The notes: a model not told the origin generated them from the letters alone. 64,000 nucleotides of DNA from an uncultured Gammaproteobacteria bacterium (GCA_964411255.1 CAYPKD010000005.1:109631-173630); one strand, 5' to 3'; shown: positions 27,396-37,105, numbered from the stretch's first letter. Numbers and translations: made by a program.

Positions 27396-27799
27396 TCACG
27401 CTGGAAATAAACAATCAAACCAAAAACAGAGTGTACAGGTCAAGGCTGGAAAAAGTGGCGAAAATTTTAAGTAAGGAATTGAAAATTAAGAAGAAATATA
27501 ATGTTTCTGTTGGCTTTGTAAGTCAGACGAGAATGAAAGAGCTAAATAGAAAATTTAGAAAGAAAGATAGAGTGACTGATGTTTTATCATTTGCTGGTGA
27601 TAATGATTCCTTGGGAGAAATAATTATCTGTTTTATACAGGCAAAAAAGCAGGCTAAGGAATTTAGCCATACCTATCACAAAGAGATTCAGTTTTTATTG
27701 ATTCACGGTTTATTACATCTTTTGGGATATACTCATAAAATCGAGAAAAACAGAAAAAAGATGGAGATGCTGCAGCATAAAATTATGAAGAAGTTATGA
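27392..27799 (+). CDS. ybeY: rRNA maturation RNase YbeY
   Basis: TDVLSF, LGEIII, IHGLLHLLGYTH. Confidence 0.95.
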   Translation: MITLEINNQTKNRVYRSRLEKVAKILSKELKIKKKYNVSVGFVSQTRMKELNRKFRKKDRVTDVLSFAGDNDSLGEIIICFIQAKKQAKEFSHTYHKEIQFLLIHGLLHLLGYTHKIEKNRKKMEMLQHKIMKKL

Positions 27800-28167
27800 T
27801 AATTGATTTTCGACGATTAAAAAAAAGTTTTAGTTTTGCTTTTTCTGGATTAAAAATAATCGTCAGAAAAGAGCAGAATTTTCGTATACATTTTGCTATT
27901 GGCATTTTGGTCGTTATTCTTGGTGCAATTTTCAGGGTAAATATTTGGGAATGGATCGCACTGCTTTTGATGATATTTTTTATTTTTTTACTGGAAATTG
28001 TAAATACAGTTTTTGAAAGGTTTGTAGATATGCTAAAGCCACGTTTGAGCGCATATGCAAAGGAAATAAAGGATTTGATGTCTGCGGCAGTGTTAATCGC
28101 AGCCATTCTTTCGATAATTATAGGTTTAATAATTTTTATACCACGCTTTATAGCATTTTTTAATTAA
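27796..28167 (+). CDS. dgkA: Diacylglycerol/undecaprenol kinase
   Basis: SFSFAFSGL, EQNFRIH, EIVNTVFERFVD, KDLMSAAV; ybeY-dgkA synteny. Confidence 0.92.
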   Translation: MIIDFRRLKKSFSFAFSGLKIIVRKEQNFRIHFAIGILVVILGAIFRVNIWEWIALLLMIFFIFLLEIVNTVFERFVDMLKPRLSAYAKEIKDLMSAAVLIAAILSIIIGLIIFIPRFIAFFN

Positions 28168-28248
28168 TTTGGATTTTATTCTGATTTATACTATAATGTT
28201 ACAAGAATTATCAGGCTAAAATTATCTCAATAATAAAAATAAAAACTT

Positions 28249-29496
28249 ATGGCAGATAATTTAATAGCAGGAATAGACATAGGAACAGCAAATATCCGAG
28301 TAGTCGTTGCTCAGATAGCAAAAGTAGCTGACGAAGAACAGCTAAATATTATTGGCGTGATTGAAGTGCCATCTCAGGGCGTAAGTAAAGGCTCGATTGT
28401 TAGCATTGAAGACGCTGTTTCGAGTATTTCAAATGCATTGGAAGGAACTGAACGCATGATCGGCTTGCCTGTTGACAATGCTTGGGTTGGAATTTCAGGC
28501 GTGCATATTAATTCACAAGAAAGTAATGGAGTGATTGCTATTTCCCGGACAAGTGGAGAGATTCAGGATGATGACGTAGAGCGGGTGATAGAGGCCGCCA
28601 GATCAGTGGCAGCGCCGGTGAATTATGAAGTTTTGCATGTTATTCCAAAATCTTTTACAATAGATAATCAATCAGGTGTAAAAGATCCGATTGGCATGTC
28701 AGGCATCCGATTAGAGGTCACCACGCAGGTGATTAGAGGCTTGTCTTCACATATAAAGAACCTGACAAAAAGTATTTACCGCACAGGCCTGGATATAAAC
28801 GACATTATTTTATCATCTTTAGCAGCTTCAGAATCTGTGTTATCAGTTCGGCAAAAAGAATTAGGCGTTGCCTTGGTAGATATTGGTGCTTCAACTACAA
28901 ATGTAATTGTTTTTGAGGAAGGAGATGTTTTGCATACAGCTGTTATCCCAATTGGGTCAGATCACATAACTTCTGATATTGCTATTGGTCTGCAAACCTC
29001 AATTGAAATAGCAGAAAGAGTAAAATTAGAGCATGGCAGCTGTAGCCCAAAGGATTTTGATAAAAAAGACATAGTAAATTTGCAGGATTTAGGTGGAGAC
29101 AATCAGGATTTTTCAAGAAAATACATTGCAGAGATAATAGAAGCCAGAGTTGATGAAATCTTTGAAAAAATTGATGCGGAGTTGCAAAAAATTAATAGGA
29201 GTGGTTTACTACCTGCAGGGATAGTATTGGTGGGTAGTGGAGCCAAATTAGCAAGCATTGTAGATGTTGGTAAGAAAAAGACAATGCTACCTGTATCATT
29301 AGGTAAAATACAAACATTTACAACTGCTGTGGATAACGTTCATGACATTTCTTTTGCCACTGCATTAGGCCTGGTTTTATGGGGCTACCAGATGGGACAG
29401 GAAGATAATAAGCAATTTGGATTTACAAATAAATTTGGTACAATAAAGGAATCAGCAGGCCGAATAAAAAATTGGTTCAAGTCATTAATATCTTAG
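28249..29496 (+). CDS. ftsA: Cell division protein FtsA
   Basis: GIDIGT, PIGMSGIRLE, LVDIGASTT, ITSDIA, GIVLVGSGA. Confidence 0.97.
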   Translation: MADNLIAGIDIGTANIRVVVAQIAKVADEEQLNIIGVIEVPSQGVSKGSIVSIEDAVSSISNALEGTERMIGLPVDNAWVGISGVHINSQESNGVIAISRTSGEIQDDDVERVIEAARSVAAPVNYEVLHVIPKSFTIDNQSGVKDPIGMSGIRLEVTTQVIRGLSSHIKNLTKSIYRTGLDINDIILSSLAASESVLSVRQKELGVALVDIGASTTNVIVFEEGDVLHTAVIPIGSDHITSDIAIGLQTSIEIAERVKLEHGSCSPKDFDKKDIVNLQDLGGDNQDFSRKYIAEIIEARVDEIFEKIDAELQKINRSGLLPAGIVLVGSGAKLASIVDVGKKKTMLPVSLGKIQTFTTAVDNVHDISFATALGLVLWGYQMGQEDNKQFGFTNKFGTIKESAGRIKNWFKSLIS

Positions 29497-29497
29497 G

Positions 29498-29577
29498 GCC
29501 GTAGGCCAGTAGGATAGTAGGTTGGTAGGAAACACCATAAACTTACAGTCCTACAGCCCTACTAGCCTACAATCCTA
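29498..29577. repeat. Period-8 GTAGG/CCTAC inverted microrepeat
   Basis: Four GTAGG units followed by CTTAC/CCTAC units forming an imperfect hairpin between ftsA and ftsZ. Confidence 0.6.
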
Positions 29578-29582
29578 AAAAT

Positions 29583-30788
29583 ATGCAAGAAGTTAAACCA
29601 GAGATCGAAACCTTTGCCAAAATTAAGGTTTTTGGTATTGGAGGAGGGGGCGGATCTGCATTGAATCGAATGATTCAACATAGAATAAGGGGGGTTGAAT
29701 TTGTAGCTATAAATACTGATCTTCAGGCGCTACAACATTCTTTGGCTGATAAAAAAATTCATGTTGGCCGGACTACAACCAGAGGATTAGGAGCAGGAAT
29801 GAACCCTGAAATAGGAAGAAAGGCAGCTGAAGAATCTCAAAATGAGCTGAGAGAGATATTAAAAGGGTCAGACATGGTTTTTATTACATATGGACTGGGC
29901 GGGGGCACTGGAACTGGTTCAGGACCAATTATAGCTGAATTAGCCAAGGAGCAGGGAGCATTGACTATTGCGGTAGTTACCAAGCCATTTTCTTTTGAAG
30001 GTGCTCCGCGTAGACAAATTGCTGATGAAGGATTAGAAAATTTAAAGGATAAAGTAGATACATTAATAACCATACCTAATGATCGAATTTGGCAGATTAT
30101 TGATAAAAAAACACCTTTGCTAGAAGCGTTTTCTGTTGTAGATGAAGTATTGAGGCAGGGGGTACAGGGTATTGCAGAATTGATTACTCTGCCAGGATTA
30201 ATCAATGTTGACTTTGCCGATGTCAAAACCATAATGAGAGAAACTGGTGCAGCCCTTATGGGAGTAGGACAGGCAACCGGTGAAAATAGGGCAATTGAAG
30301 CAGCAAAGGCAGCTATTTCCAGCCCATTATTAGAATTAAATATTGACGGCGCAAAAGGAATCTTATTTAATATTGTGGGCGGTAATGATATAACAATGTA
30401 TGAGATCAGCGAAGCTGCTAAAGTAATTACAGAAAGCGTTGATCCTGATGCAAAAATAATTTTCGGCGCAGTTATTGATGAAGAATTAAAGGATGAAATG
30501 AAGATAACCGTGGTAGCTACAGGTTTTGATCCAAGCGTTGCATTCCAGGAAAAACCAAGAGTCACTCATAGTGTTAGCCCTGTTACCAAGGATTATTTTC
30601 AGCCAGAAACAGAAACTACGGATCCATTTCCTACTGAAAAGCCGAAAACCCAGGAACCTGTTAAACAGCCTTCACCGCCAACTCAGGCTCCAGCACAAAC
30701 TGAACAGCCTGAACAGTCAGTAACTGATACTGAAAGCGATGATGAGGATTTAGAAATACCTGCATTTATTAGGCGAAAAATGATGTAA
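29583..30788 (+). CDS. ftsZ: Cell division protein FtsZ
   Basis: GIGGGG, GGGTGTG, INVDFAD, C-terminal LEIPAFIRR. Confidence 0.99.
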   Translation: MQEVKPEIETFAKIKVFGIGGGGGSALNRMIQHRIRGVEFVAINTDLQALQHSLADKKIHVGRTTTRGLGAGMNPEIGRKAAEESQNELREILKGSDMVFITYGLGGGTGTGSGPIIAELAKEQGALTIAVVTKPFSFEGAPRRQIADEGLENLKDKVDTLITIPNDRIWQIIDKKTPLLEAFSVVDEVLRQGVQGIAELITLPGLINVDFADVKTIMRETGAALMGVGQATGENRAIEAAKAAISSPLLELNIDGAKGILFNIVGGNDITMYEISEAAKVITESVDPDAKIIFGAVIDEELKDEMKITVVATGFDPSVAFQEKPRVTHSVSPVTKDYFQPETETTDPFPTEKPKTQEPVKQPSPPTQAPAQTEQPEQSVTDTESDDEDLEIPAFIRRKMM

Positions 30789-30848
30789 TTACGAATAAGC
30801 TAATATAATCGAAAATTATTTAGAAAAATTGAATTAATTACAAATACA

Positions 30849-30873
30849 AAACTGCCCGAGAGGGTGGTTTTTT
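30849..30873 (+). terminator. Terminator after ftsZ
   Basis: AAACTGCCC-GAGA-GGGTGGTTTTTT. Confidence 0.6.
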
Positions 30874-31006
30874 GATGACGCTAGACTTCACATAAGGTTA
30901 TGGTTAGCAGGCAAAATCGCAAAATATACAAAAATGTAAAATTTGGTTTTGTCTTTTTGCGTTTTTATTTTATGAACAGAAAAATTTTGCGCTTGAGCAT
31001 CATTAC

Positions 31007-31015
31007 TTATCCACA
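31007..31015 (+). promoter_or_regulatory. DnaA box upstream of nrdD
   Basis: Exact TTATCCACA. Confidence 0.4.
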
Positions 31016-31287
31016 AAAATTTTATGACGCCTAAATCGCCCGATTTTTAGCAGATGTTTTTCAGTTTTGAGGCATGGAAAAATTTATGATATACTAGAAG
31101 TAGGAAAGGAGATTTATTGCCTAAATGAATAGAGCATATAAATTTTCCTAATTTAGCTTAAAAAGACCTTAAATAAATATCACATTTTTTTAGGCATTTG
31201 TCTAAAACTTTGTGGGGAAAAAACGTTTAAGACTACTTAAACGGCATATTTTTTCTCTCTCAAAAAGGAGGCTGTTAAAACAAACTT

Positions 31288-33381
31288 ATGACATGGGAAG
31301 ATAATAAAATATTACAAATTAGAAAAAGAGATGATAGAATCGTTGATTTTGGTCAGGAAAAGATTACCAGTGCTGTTTTCAATTCAATGAAAGCAGTTAA
31401 TGAGGGCAGTCAGGAGCTAGCTGAAAGAATCTCAGATCAAATAGTCCAAATTCTAAATGAGAGATTTCATGAAAGATCAATTCCAGCTGTTGAAGAAATT
31501 CAAGATATTGTTGAAGAAATACTGATGTCTAATAAAATGTTTAAGGTTGCCAGATCCTACATCATATACCGCGATCAGCATTCAAAAATGAGAGAGATAA
31601 AGTCAATGGTTAATTCAGATGAATTGATGGAAAGCTATCTAAAAAAGGTTGATTGGAGAGTAAAGGAAAACAGCAACATGGATTATTCGCTTCAGGGATT
31701 AAATAATTACGTTGCTGCCACTATAAGTTCACATTATTGGTTAAATAAAATATACCCGCCAAATATTCGGGATGCTCATGTAAACGGCGATTTTCATATT
31801 CATGATTTGCAGCTATTATCAGCATACTGCTGCGGCTGGGATTTAAAGGATTTATTAATTCGGGGTTTTGGAGGGGTGACTGGAAAAGTAGAAAGTTCTC
31901 CAGCAAAGCATTTTGGCACAGCACTTGGACAGTTGGTAAATTTCTTTTATACATTGCAGGGAGAATCAGCCGGTGCTCAGGCAATTTCAGGTTTTGACAC
32001 TTTTTTAGCACCATTTATTAAATTTGATAATTTAGAATATAAGGAAGTCAAACAGCAATTACAGGTGTTCCTTTTTAACATGAATGTCCCTACCAGAGTA
32101 GGCTTTCAGACACCTTTTACTAACATTACTTTAGATTTATTTATACCTGATAACATGATAGATGAACCGGTTATTGTCGGCGGCAAACCTCAGAGAGAAA
32201 AATACGGAGAATTTCAAAAAGAAATGGATATGTTTAATGAGGCCCTGGTTGAAGTGATGCTTGAAGGCGATAACAGAGGCAGAGTTTTTTCCTTTCCAAT
32301 CCCAACATACAATGTTACCAAGAATTGGGACTGGGATTCTCCAATAATTGACAGAATAATGGAAATGACTGCCAAATACGGAATTCCGTACTTTTCCAAC
32401 TATATTAATAGCGACATGAAACCAGAGGATGCCAGGTCAATGTGCTGCCGGCTACGTCTTGATAATCGCGAGCTTAGAAAGCGTGGCGGAGGTTTATTCG
32501 GCGCCAACCCACTGACTGGCTCAGTCGGAGTAGTAACCCTGAACATGTCACGAATCGGATATGTAGCAAAAGATAAAGAGGATTTTTTTGAAAGAATTGC
32601 TAAATTAATGGATTTGGCCAAGGAGAGCCTGAAAATAAAAAGAGATATCTTGGAAAGATTTACAGAAGGTGGCCTTTACCCATATACAAGATATTATTTG
32701 TCAACTGTAAAAGAACGCTTTGGATATTATTGGAAAAATCATTTTAATACCATTGGATTAAACGGCGTAAACGAAGCATGCATCAATTTGCTGGGAGTTG
32801 ACATTACAGATCCAGAAGGCAACAAATTTGCCCAGCAGACGCTTGATTTTATGAGTGAGAGGCTACACCAGTATCAGCTGTCATCATCTGACCTGTATAA
32901 TTTGGAAGCTACTCCAGCAGAAGGCACTTCGTATAGATTTGCCAGAATTGACAAAGAAAAACATCCTGATATTATTTGCGCCAATGAAAAGGAACATAAA
33001 GAAAGCGGAGCAGAGCCATATTACACGAATTCTACTCAGCTACCGGTCGGCTATACACATGACATGCTCGAGGCATTGAAGCAGCAGGATTCTCTACAGA
33101 CAAAATATACAGGCGGTACGGTTTTTCACGGATTTATTGGTGAAAGAATGCCATCAATTCAGGCAACGAAAAATTTAGTTAAAAGAATTGCTGAAAATTT
33201 CCACCTGCCATATTTTACAATCACACCTACTTTCAGTGTTTGTCCAAAACATGGATATATTGAGGGCGAGCATGAATTCTGCCCAAAATGCGATGAGGAA
33301 ATGGGATATGTGGACAGCGCCCTTTTGGAGTGGAACGAGGAAAAAGAACCAATTGAAAAAATAACAAATGAAAACAAATAA
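31288..33381 (+). CDS. nrdD: Class III anaerobic ribonucleotide reductase, catalytic part lacking the glycyl-radical domain
   Basis: ATP cone, HIHDL, YCCGW, RSMCCRL, ATPAEG, YTGGTVFH, CPKHG...CPKC, then stop with no RVxGY motif. Confidence 0.93.
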   Translation: MTWEDNKILQIRKRDDRIVDFGQEKITSAVFNSMKAVNEGSQELAERISDQIVQILNERFHERSIPAVEEIQDIVEEILMSNKMFKVARSYIIYRDQHSKMREIKSMVNSDELMESYLKKVDWRVKENSNMDYSLQGLNNYVAATISSHYWLNKIYPPNIRDAHVNGDFHIHDLQLLSAYCCGWDLKDLLIRGFGGVTGKVESSPAKHFGTALGQLVNFFYTLQGESAGAQAISGFDTFLAPFIKFDNLEYKEVKQQLQVFLFNMNVPTRVGFQTPFTNITLDLFIPDNMIDEPVIVGGKPQREKYGEFQKEMDMFNEALVEVMLEGDNRGRVFSFPIPTYNVTKNWDWDSPIIDRIMEMTAKYGIPYFSNYINSDMKPEDARSMCCRLRLDNRELRKRGGGLFGANPLTGSVGVVTLNMSRIGYVAKDKEDFFERIAKLMDLAKESLKIKRDILERFTEGGLYPYTRYYLSTVKERFGYYWKNHFNTIGLNGVNEACINLLGVDITDPEGNKFAQQTLDFMSERLHQYQLSSSDLYNLEATPAEGTSYRFARIDKEKHPDIICANEKEHKESGAEPYYTNSTQLPVGYTHDMLEALKQQDSLQTKYTGGTVFHGFIGERMPSIQATKNLVKRIAENFHLPYFTITPTFSVCPKHGYIEGEHEFCPKCDEEMGYVDSALLEWNEEKEPIEKITNENK

Positions 33382-33443
33382 ATTAAATATAAATAAAAAA
33401 TAATATCTACAACCTAGGTTGTAGGAGGGAGTAAATATATCAT

Positions 33444-33587
33444 ATGACTTCACAAAAATTAGAAAGACAAAAATGCGAAATTTATTCACGAGTTGTCGGA
33501 TATTTAAGCCCGGTACAGCGGTGGAATAAAGGCAAAAAAGCAGAATTTTCCGATCGCAAAGTATTTAATCCATCTTCTAGTGACTAG
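33444..33587 (+). CDS. Stand-alone NrdD glycyl-radical domain (47 aa, not in ORF track)
   Basis: MTSQKLERQKCEIYSRVVGYLSPVQRWNKGKKAEFSDRKVFNPSSSD; AGGAGG upstream. Confidence 0.9.
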   Translation: MTSQKLERQKCEIYSRVVGYLSPVQRWNKGKKAEFSDRKVFNPSSSD

Positions 33588-33619
33588 CGTTTTACTCTCA
33601 CCGGATGTTAATATATAAT

Positions 33620-33651
33620 AAAGTTAAGGCTTGTTTGGAGCCTTAACTTTT
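33620..33651 (+). terminator. Hairpin between the small nrdD gene and nrdG
   Basis: AAAGTTAAGGCT/AGCCTTAACTTT. Confidence 0.5.
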
Positions 33652-33662
33652 GTTCTAGATTT

Positions 33663-34364
33663 ATGAAAATCAGTGCAATGCAAACATTAACCCTAATTGA
33701 TTATCCAGGGCAGGTAGCTGCTACTGTTTTTACTTTTGGCTGCAGTTTCCGATGTCATTTTTGTCATAACCCAGAGCTTGTGTTGCCGTCCCAAAAGGTA
33801 AAAACATTATCCGAGAAAGATATTTTAGAATTTTTAGAAAAGAGGAAGGATTTTTTAGATGGATTATGCATTACTGGCGGTGAACCGACTATTTGGAAGG
33901 ATTTGCCAGAATTTATAAAAAAAGTGAAAAAGAAGAAATTAAAAGTAAAACTCGATACCAATGGAACCAATCCAGAGATGCTTAAGGATTTAATAGAAAA
34001 AAAATTAATTGATTATGTAGCAATGGATATTAAAGCGCCTTGGGACAAATATGAAAATATTGTTGGAAAAAAAATTGATATTAAAAAAATTAAAAAAAGC
34101 GCAAAACTTTTACTTGATGGCAAGCTTGATTATGAATTTAGAAGCACAATTCTACCGCGCCTACATCCGGTTAAAGATATAATTCAAATGGCAGAACAGA
34201 TCAAAGGAGCGCACAAGTATTATTTACAACAGTTTAAACCATTTGCTAAAATGGTAAATAAGGAATATATAAATGAAAAGCCATACAGACAGGCTGATTT
34301 AAAAAAGATCTGTATTAAAATAAAGCCAATGTTTAAAAAATGCGAGGTTAGAGAAAACGTGTAA
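33663..34364 (+). CDS. nrdG: Anaerobic RNR activating protein (radical SAM)
   Basis: LIDYPG, CSFRCHFCHNP, ITGGEPT, LDTNG, AMDIKAP. Confidence 0.93.
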   Translation: MKISAMQTLTLIDYPGQVAATVFTFGCSFRCHFCHNPELVLPSQKVKTLSEKDILEFLEKRKDFLDGLCITGGEPTIWKDLPEFIKKVKKKKLKVKLDTNGTNPEMLKDLIEKKLIDYVAMDIKAPWDKYENIVGKKIDIKKIKKSAKLLLDGKLDYEFRSTILPRLHPVKDIIQMAEQIKGAHKYYLQQFKPFAKMVNKEYINEKPYRQADLKKICIKIKPMFKKCEVRENV

Positions 34365-34444
34365 AGGTTACGGACTGATGCGGATTTTGGCAGATTATTG
34401 CAGAGTAGAGCAGGCTTTACGCGGACAATCCCTGCTGTCCAATC

Positions 34445-34508
34445 TGTCATCTCGAGCCCCTCGACTACGCTCAGGCCATGGCTCGGGGCAGGCTCCGTCG
34501 AGAGATCT
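34445..34508. repeat. Nested palindromic intergenic element
   Basis: GC-rich; ATCTCGA...TCGAGAGAT outer arms and GCCCC...GGGGC inner arms enclosing TCGACTACGCTCAGG. Confidence 0.5.
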
Positions 34509-34596
34509 TATATCAGACTTGCATAACCCAAAACAGGAGTAAATTTAGAAATTTATATTTTATATTTGATAATATTAAAATAATGACTAATGAATA

Positions 34597-35709
34597 ATGT
34601 CTAACGATGTTATGCCAGAAAAGCCAGACCAATCATTAGAAAGTCAATTAAAAATGGCCCGCCCGCAGCGTGCTGAGGTTAAGCGTGTGCCGCTAACGCC
34701 TGATGAAGATAAGTTTTTGTTTTTAATTTTAAATAAAGCAATTGCAGCGGAAAAGGCTGGCGATTTAGCAAAGGCGATTGGATTTTATACAGACTATAAA
34801 AACGAGTTATTAAAGATAAAAGGAAAAAAAGAAGGTGAAAAGACTTTTGAACTGAAAAAGCAATATAATGAACAAATTGATACTTTGAAAAAGGCCGGGT
34901 TGATTGAGCAATTACCAAGTGGAGAAATGGGATTTGTTGATATAAATGGCCAACCAAGAAGAATCCCGACTTATGAAGAAATTTTAGAGCGAGTTGAGGC
35001 CAAGAAAGAATTTGTTGAAAAAAAGAAAGAACAAGGTTTTACGCAACTGCTTTTAGTGCCGTTTGGTATGAAATTGAGTGATATGGCCGAGAAAGCCAAG
35101 GAATTAATATTAAAAAAACATAGACAAGGTAAATTAAAGGGGACAAACGGAGATGAGCTTGAATTGAATGAAGATCAGCCTTTTTGGCTGGCAGAAGAGT
35201 ATAAAGGGGGAGAAGTGGATATTGGTGAAGATAGCGATTTAGTTTATTTTCCAGAAAAGTATGATCAGGAAAATCACGGCGGAAAAACCAAGAAGGAAAT
35301 TATAGAAAAGACAGATGGCTGGGACATAATGTTTATAGAAGATTTATCGGATTTGCCAGCAGAAGGCAAGGGAAAAGAAGTTGGCGGAAGAAAGCAATTG
35401 GAAGCGAATAAAACGCCGGAGCAATATTTAAAAAAAATGAAAGAAGACGAGCAATACGCGGGAGAGAGCGGCATGACGCCTGAAGCTGAGCTGGCATATT
35501 TTATGCATTATTTGCAGAAAAATAATCAGGTAATTGATGATTGGGAAGGCAGCGGTAAAGTTAATTGGAATTTAGGCGGATATTTAAAAAGCTCGGGCGG
35601 CGTTTGCTGTTCAAGCTGGCTTCGGTCTGGTCGGCGGATGCGCCTGTTTTGGGTCGGTTCTGGTCTTCCCGATGACTTTCGCGCGGTTCGTGCCTCGGTC
35701 AGGATTTAG
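34597..35709 (+). CDS. Putative DGR target protein with C-terminal variable region
   Basis: C-terminus SGGVCCSSWLRSGRRMRLFWVGSGLPDDFRAVRASVRI with A-depleted NNY codons and a CLec-type ending. Confidence 0.8.
   Translation: MSNDVMPEKPDQSLESQLKMARPQRAEVKRVPLTPDEDKFLFLILNKAIAAEKAGDLAKAIGFYTDYKNELLKIKGKKEGEKTFELKKQYNEQIDTLKKAGLIEQLPSGEMGFVDINGQPRRIPTYEEILERVEAKKEFVEKKKEQGFTQLLLVPFGMKLSDMAEKAKELILKKHRQGKLKGTNGDELELNEDQPFWLAEEYKGGEVDIGEDSDLVYFPEKYDQENHGGKTKKEIIEKTDGWDIMFIEDLSDLPAEGKGKEVGGRKQLEANKTPEQYLKKMKEDEQYAGESGMTPEAELAYFMHYLQKNNQVIDDWEGSGKVNWNLGGYLKSSGGVCCSSWLRSGRRMRLFWVGSGLPDDFRAVRASVRI
35591..35709 (+). other. DGR variable region (VR) and IMH
   Basis: 5 A in the 110 nt of 35591-35700 within an otherwise A-rich gene; downstream hairpin AGGATC/GATCCT at 35708-35735. 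Confidence 0.75.
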
Positions 35710-35949
35710 GATCTTGACCTTTGATATTTGATCCTTTTTTTGTTTTTTTTATCTTTGTTTTTTTAAAATCGGTGAATACAGGCTTACCTCGGAGTAAGCT
35801 ACCGAAACGTGTCTACTATTGAATTATAGTAATATGTTTAATACAAACCTGGGCGGCATTTGCTATATTTCATGGTATAATATTAATAACAATAAAAAAT
35901 TTGTAATCAATTTTTAACATCTAACTTTTGACTTGTAACTTATATTTAT

Positions 35950-36222
35950 ATGGAGGGTAAAAAAATAGAAGAAGAAATTAGACAAATAAAATCTTTATTA
36001 AAAAGAAATTTGGAATATTCAAGACAGGCAATAGAAATAGCTGAGAGAAACAAAAGATATATTTTGTGGATCAAGATTATTAATCTGCTTAAATTAATTG
36101 TAATTTTAATTCCTATTATTTTGGCCTTAATTTATTTGCCGCCAGTTGTAAAAGAATTTGTAGGCAAATATAAGGATTTATTCGGACCAGGAGGATTTTT
36201 TATAGAATATTTTTCTAAATAA
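35950..36222 (+). CDS. Small membrane protein
   Basis: 90 aa; coiled N-terminus plus TM IVILIPIILALIYLPP. Confidence 0.75.
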   Translation: MEGKKIEEEIRQIKSLLKRNLEYSRQAIEIAERNKRYILWIKIINLLKLIVILIPIILALIYLPPVVKEFVGKYKDLFGPGGFFIEYFSK

Positions 36223-36274
36223 AACAAAGACCCACCAAGTGCTCGGTGGGTTTTATAATACTCCTGTTTGATTA

Positions 36275-36556
36275 CTAGAGGTGAACTTCGAAGATCTTGG
36301 ATTTCGGATGCCTAGAATTCCGGCCGTTGACCGGGCTGAGAATCCGTCGTCCAATCATTCGACTGATCGCCCTTTTCAATCCCCTGCAAGTTCGGGGCAG
36401 ATGGCGCGCCATTGGCAGCGTGCTCAGATCCTCATCATCGAACTGATCTGGATCTGGAACTGCTACCCTGACAGCCACCTTGCCGACAACCTCGACAGGC
36501 TTGGCATGCGAGCCAATGAACTGAAAAAAGCGGGCAATCTCCATTTCTCTGGTCAT
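36275..36556 (-). CDS. SD-led orphan protein
   Basis: 93 aa; AAGGGAGGT upstream of ATG; GC-rich; hairpin at 36230-36255 shared with the convergent gene. Confidence 0.6.
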   Translation of the reverse strand: MTREMEIARFFQFIGSHAKPVEVVGKVAVRVAVPDPDQFDDEDLSTLPMARHLPRTCRGLKRAISRMIGRRILSPVNGRNSRHPKSKIFEVHL

Positions 36557-36723
36557 TCGTGACCTCCCTTTATATAAAAATGAACTTCAGAGTAATCATA
36601 TTATAATAACATATTTTTATAATTAAGTCAATAGATTTAGCTATTATTTATCTAATTTTAGCTATTTTTATATGATTATATTATGACTTTTAATTATGTA
36701 AAATTTAGTGTAAAATATAAGAT

Positions 36724-37053
36724 ATGGATTTTGCACAAGTGGTATTAAATACTGTACGAAAAGTGCCAAAAGGCAAAATAACAACCTATAAATTGCTTGC
36801 AAAAGCTTGTAATAAGCCAAAAGCAAGCAGATCAGTGGGAAGAGCATTAAATAAAAATAAATGTTCATTTTTTGAAAATATTGCTAAAAATAAAATGATC
36901 CCCTGTCATCGAGTAATATATTCTAATGGCAGAATTGGTGGATTTTCGAAAGGTGTTGAAAAAAAGATTGTATTATTAGAAAAGGAGGGAGTTTTGGTGC
37001 AGAATGGGCGAGTGTTGGAGTTTAGTGAAAGATTATATGAATTCAAAGATTAA
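36724..37053 (+). CDS. ogt: Methylated-DNA--protein-cysteine methyltransferase (MGMT)
   Basis: VPKGKITTY, RSVGRAL, IPCHRV active-site motif. Confidence 0.88.
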   Translation: MDFAQVVLNTVRKVPKGKITTYKLLAKACNKPKASRSVGRALNKNKCSFFENIAKNKMIPCHRVIYSNGRIGGFSKGVEKKIVLLEKEGVLVQNGRVLEFSERLYEFKD

Positions 37054-37066
37054 TTATATTAAATTT

Positions 37067-37105
37067 AGTTATTGGGCGTTGGGATTGGCAGCCAGTATAG
37101 TCATT
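37067..37105 (+). repeat. Dispersed intergenic repeat
   Basis: Inverted copy of 10625-10663. Confidence 0.6.

Noticed and set aside
29837-30565. 242-aa minus-strand ORF and similar antisense ORFs (11217, 20147, 37535, 63119)
   Set aside because: Antisense shadows of well-supported genes
33407-33424. NrdR box
   Set aside because: Palindrome spacing and centre do not fit acaCwAtATaTwGtgt; kept as an unexplained palindrome
36281-36562. Plus-strand 93-aa ORF or DGR template repeat
   Set aside because: Shadow of the SD-led minus-strand gene; no similarity to the VR at 35591-35709
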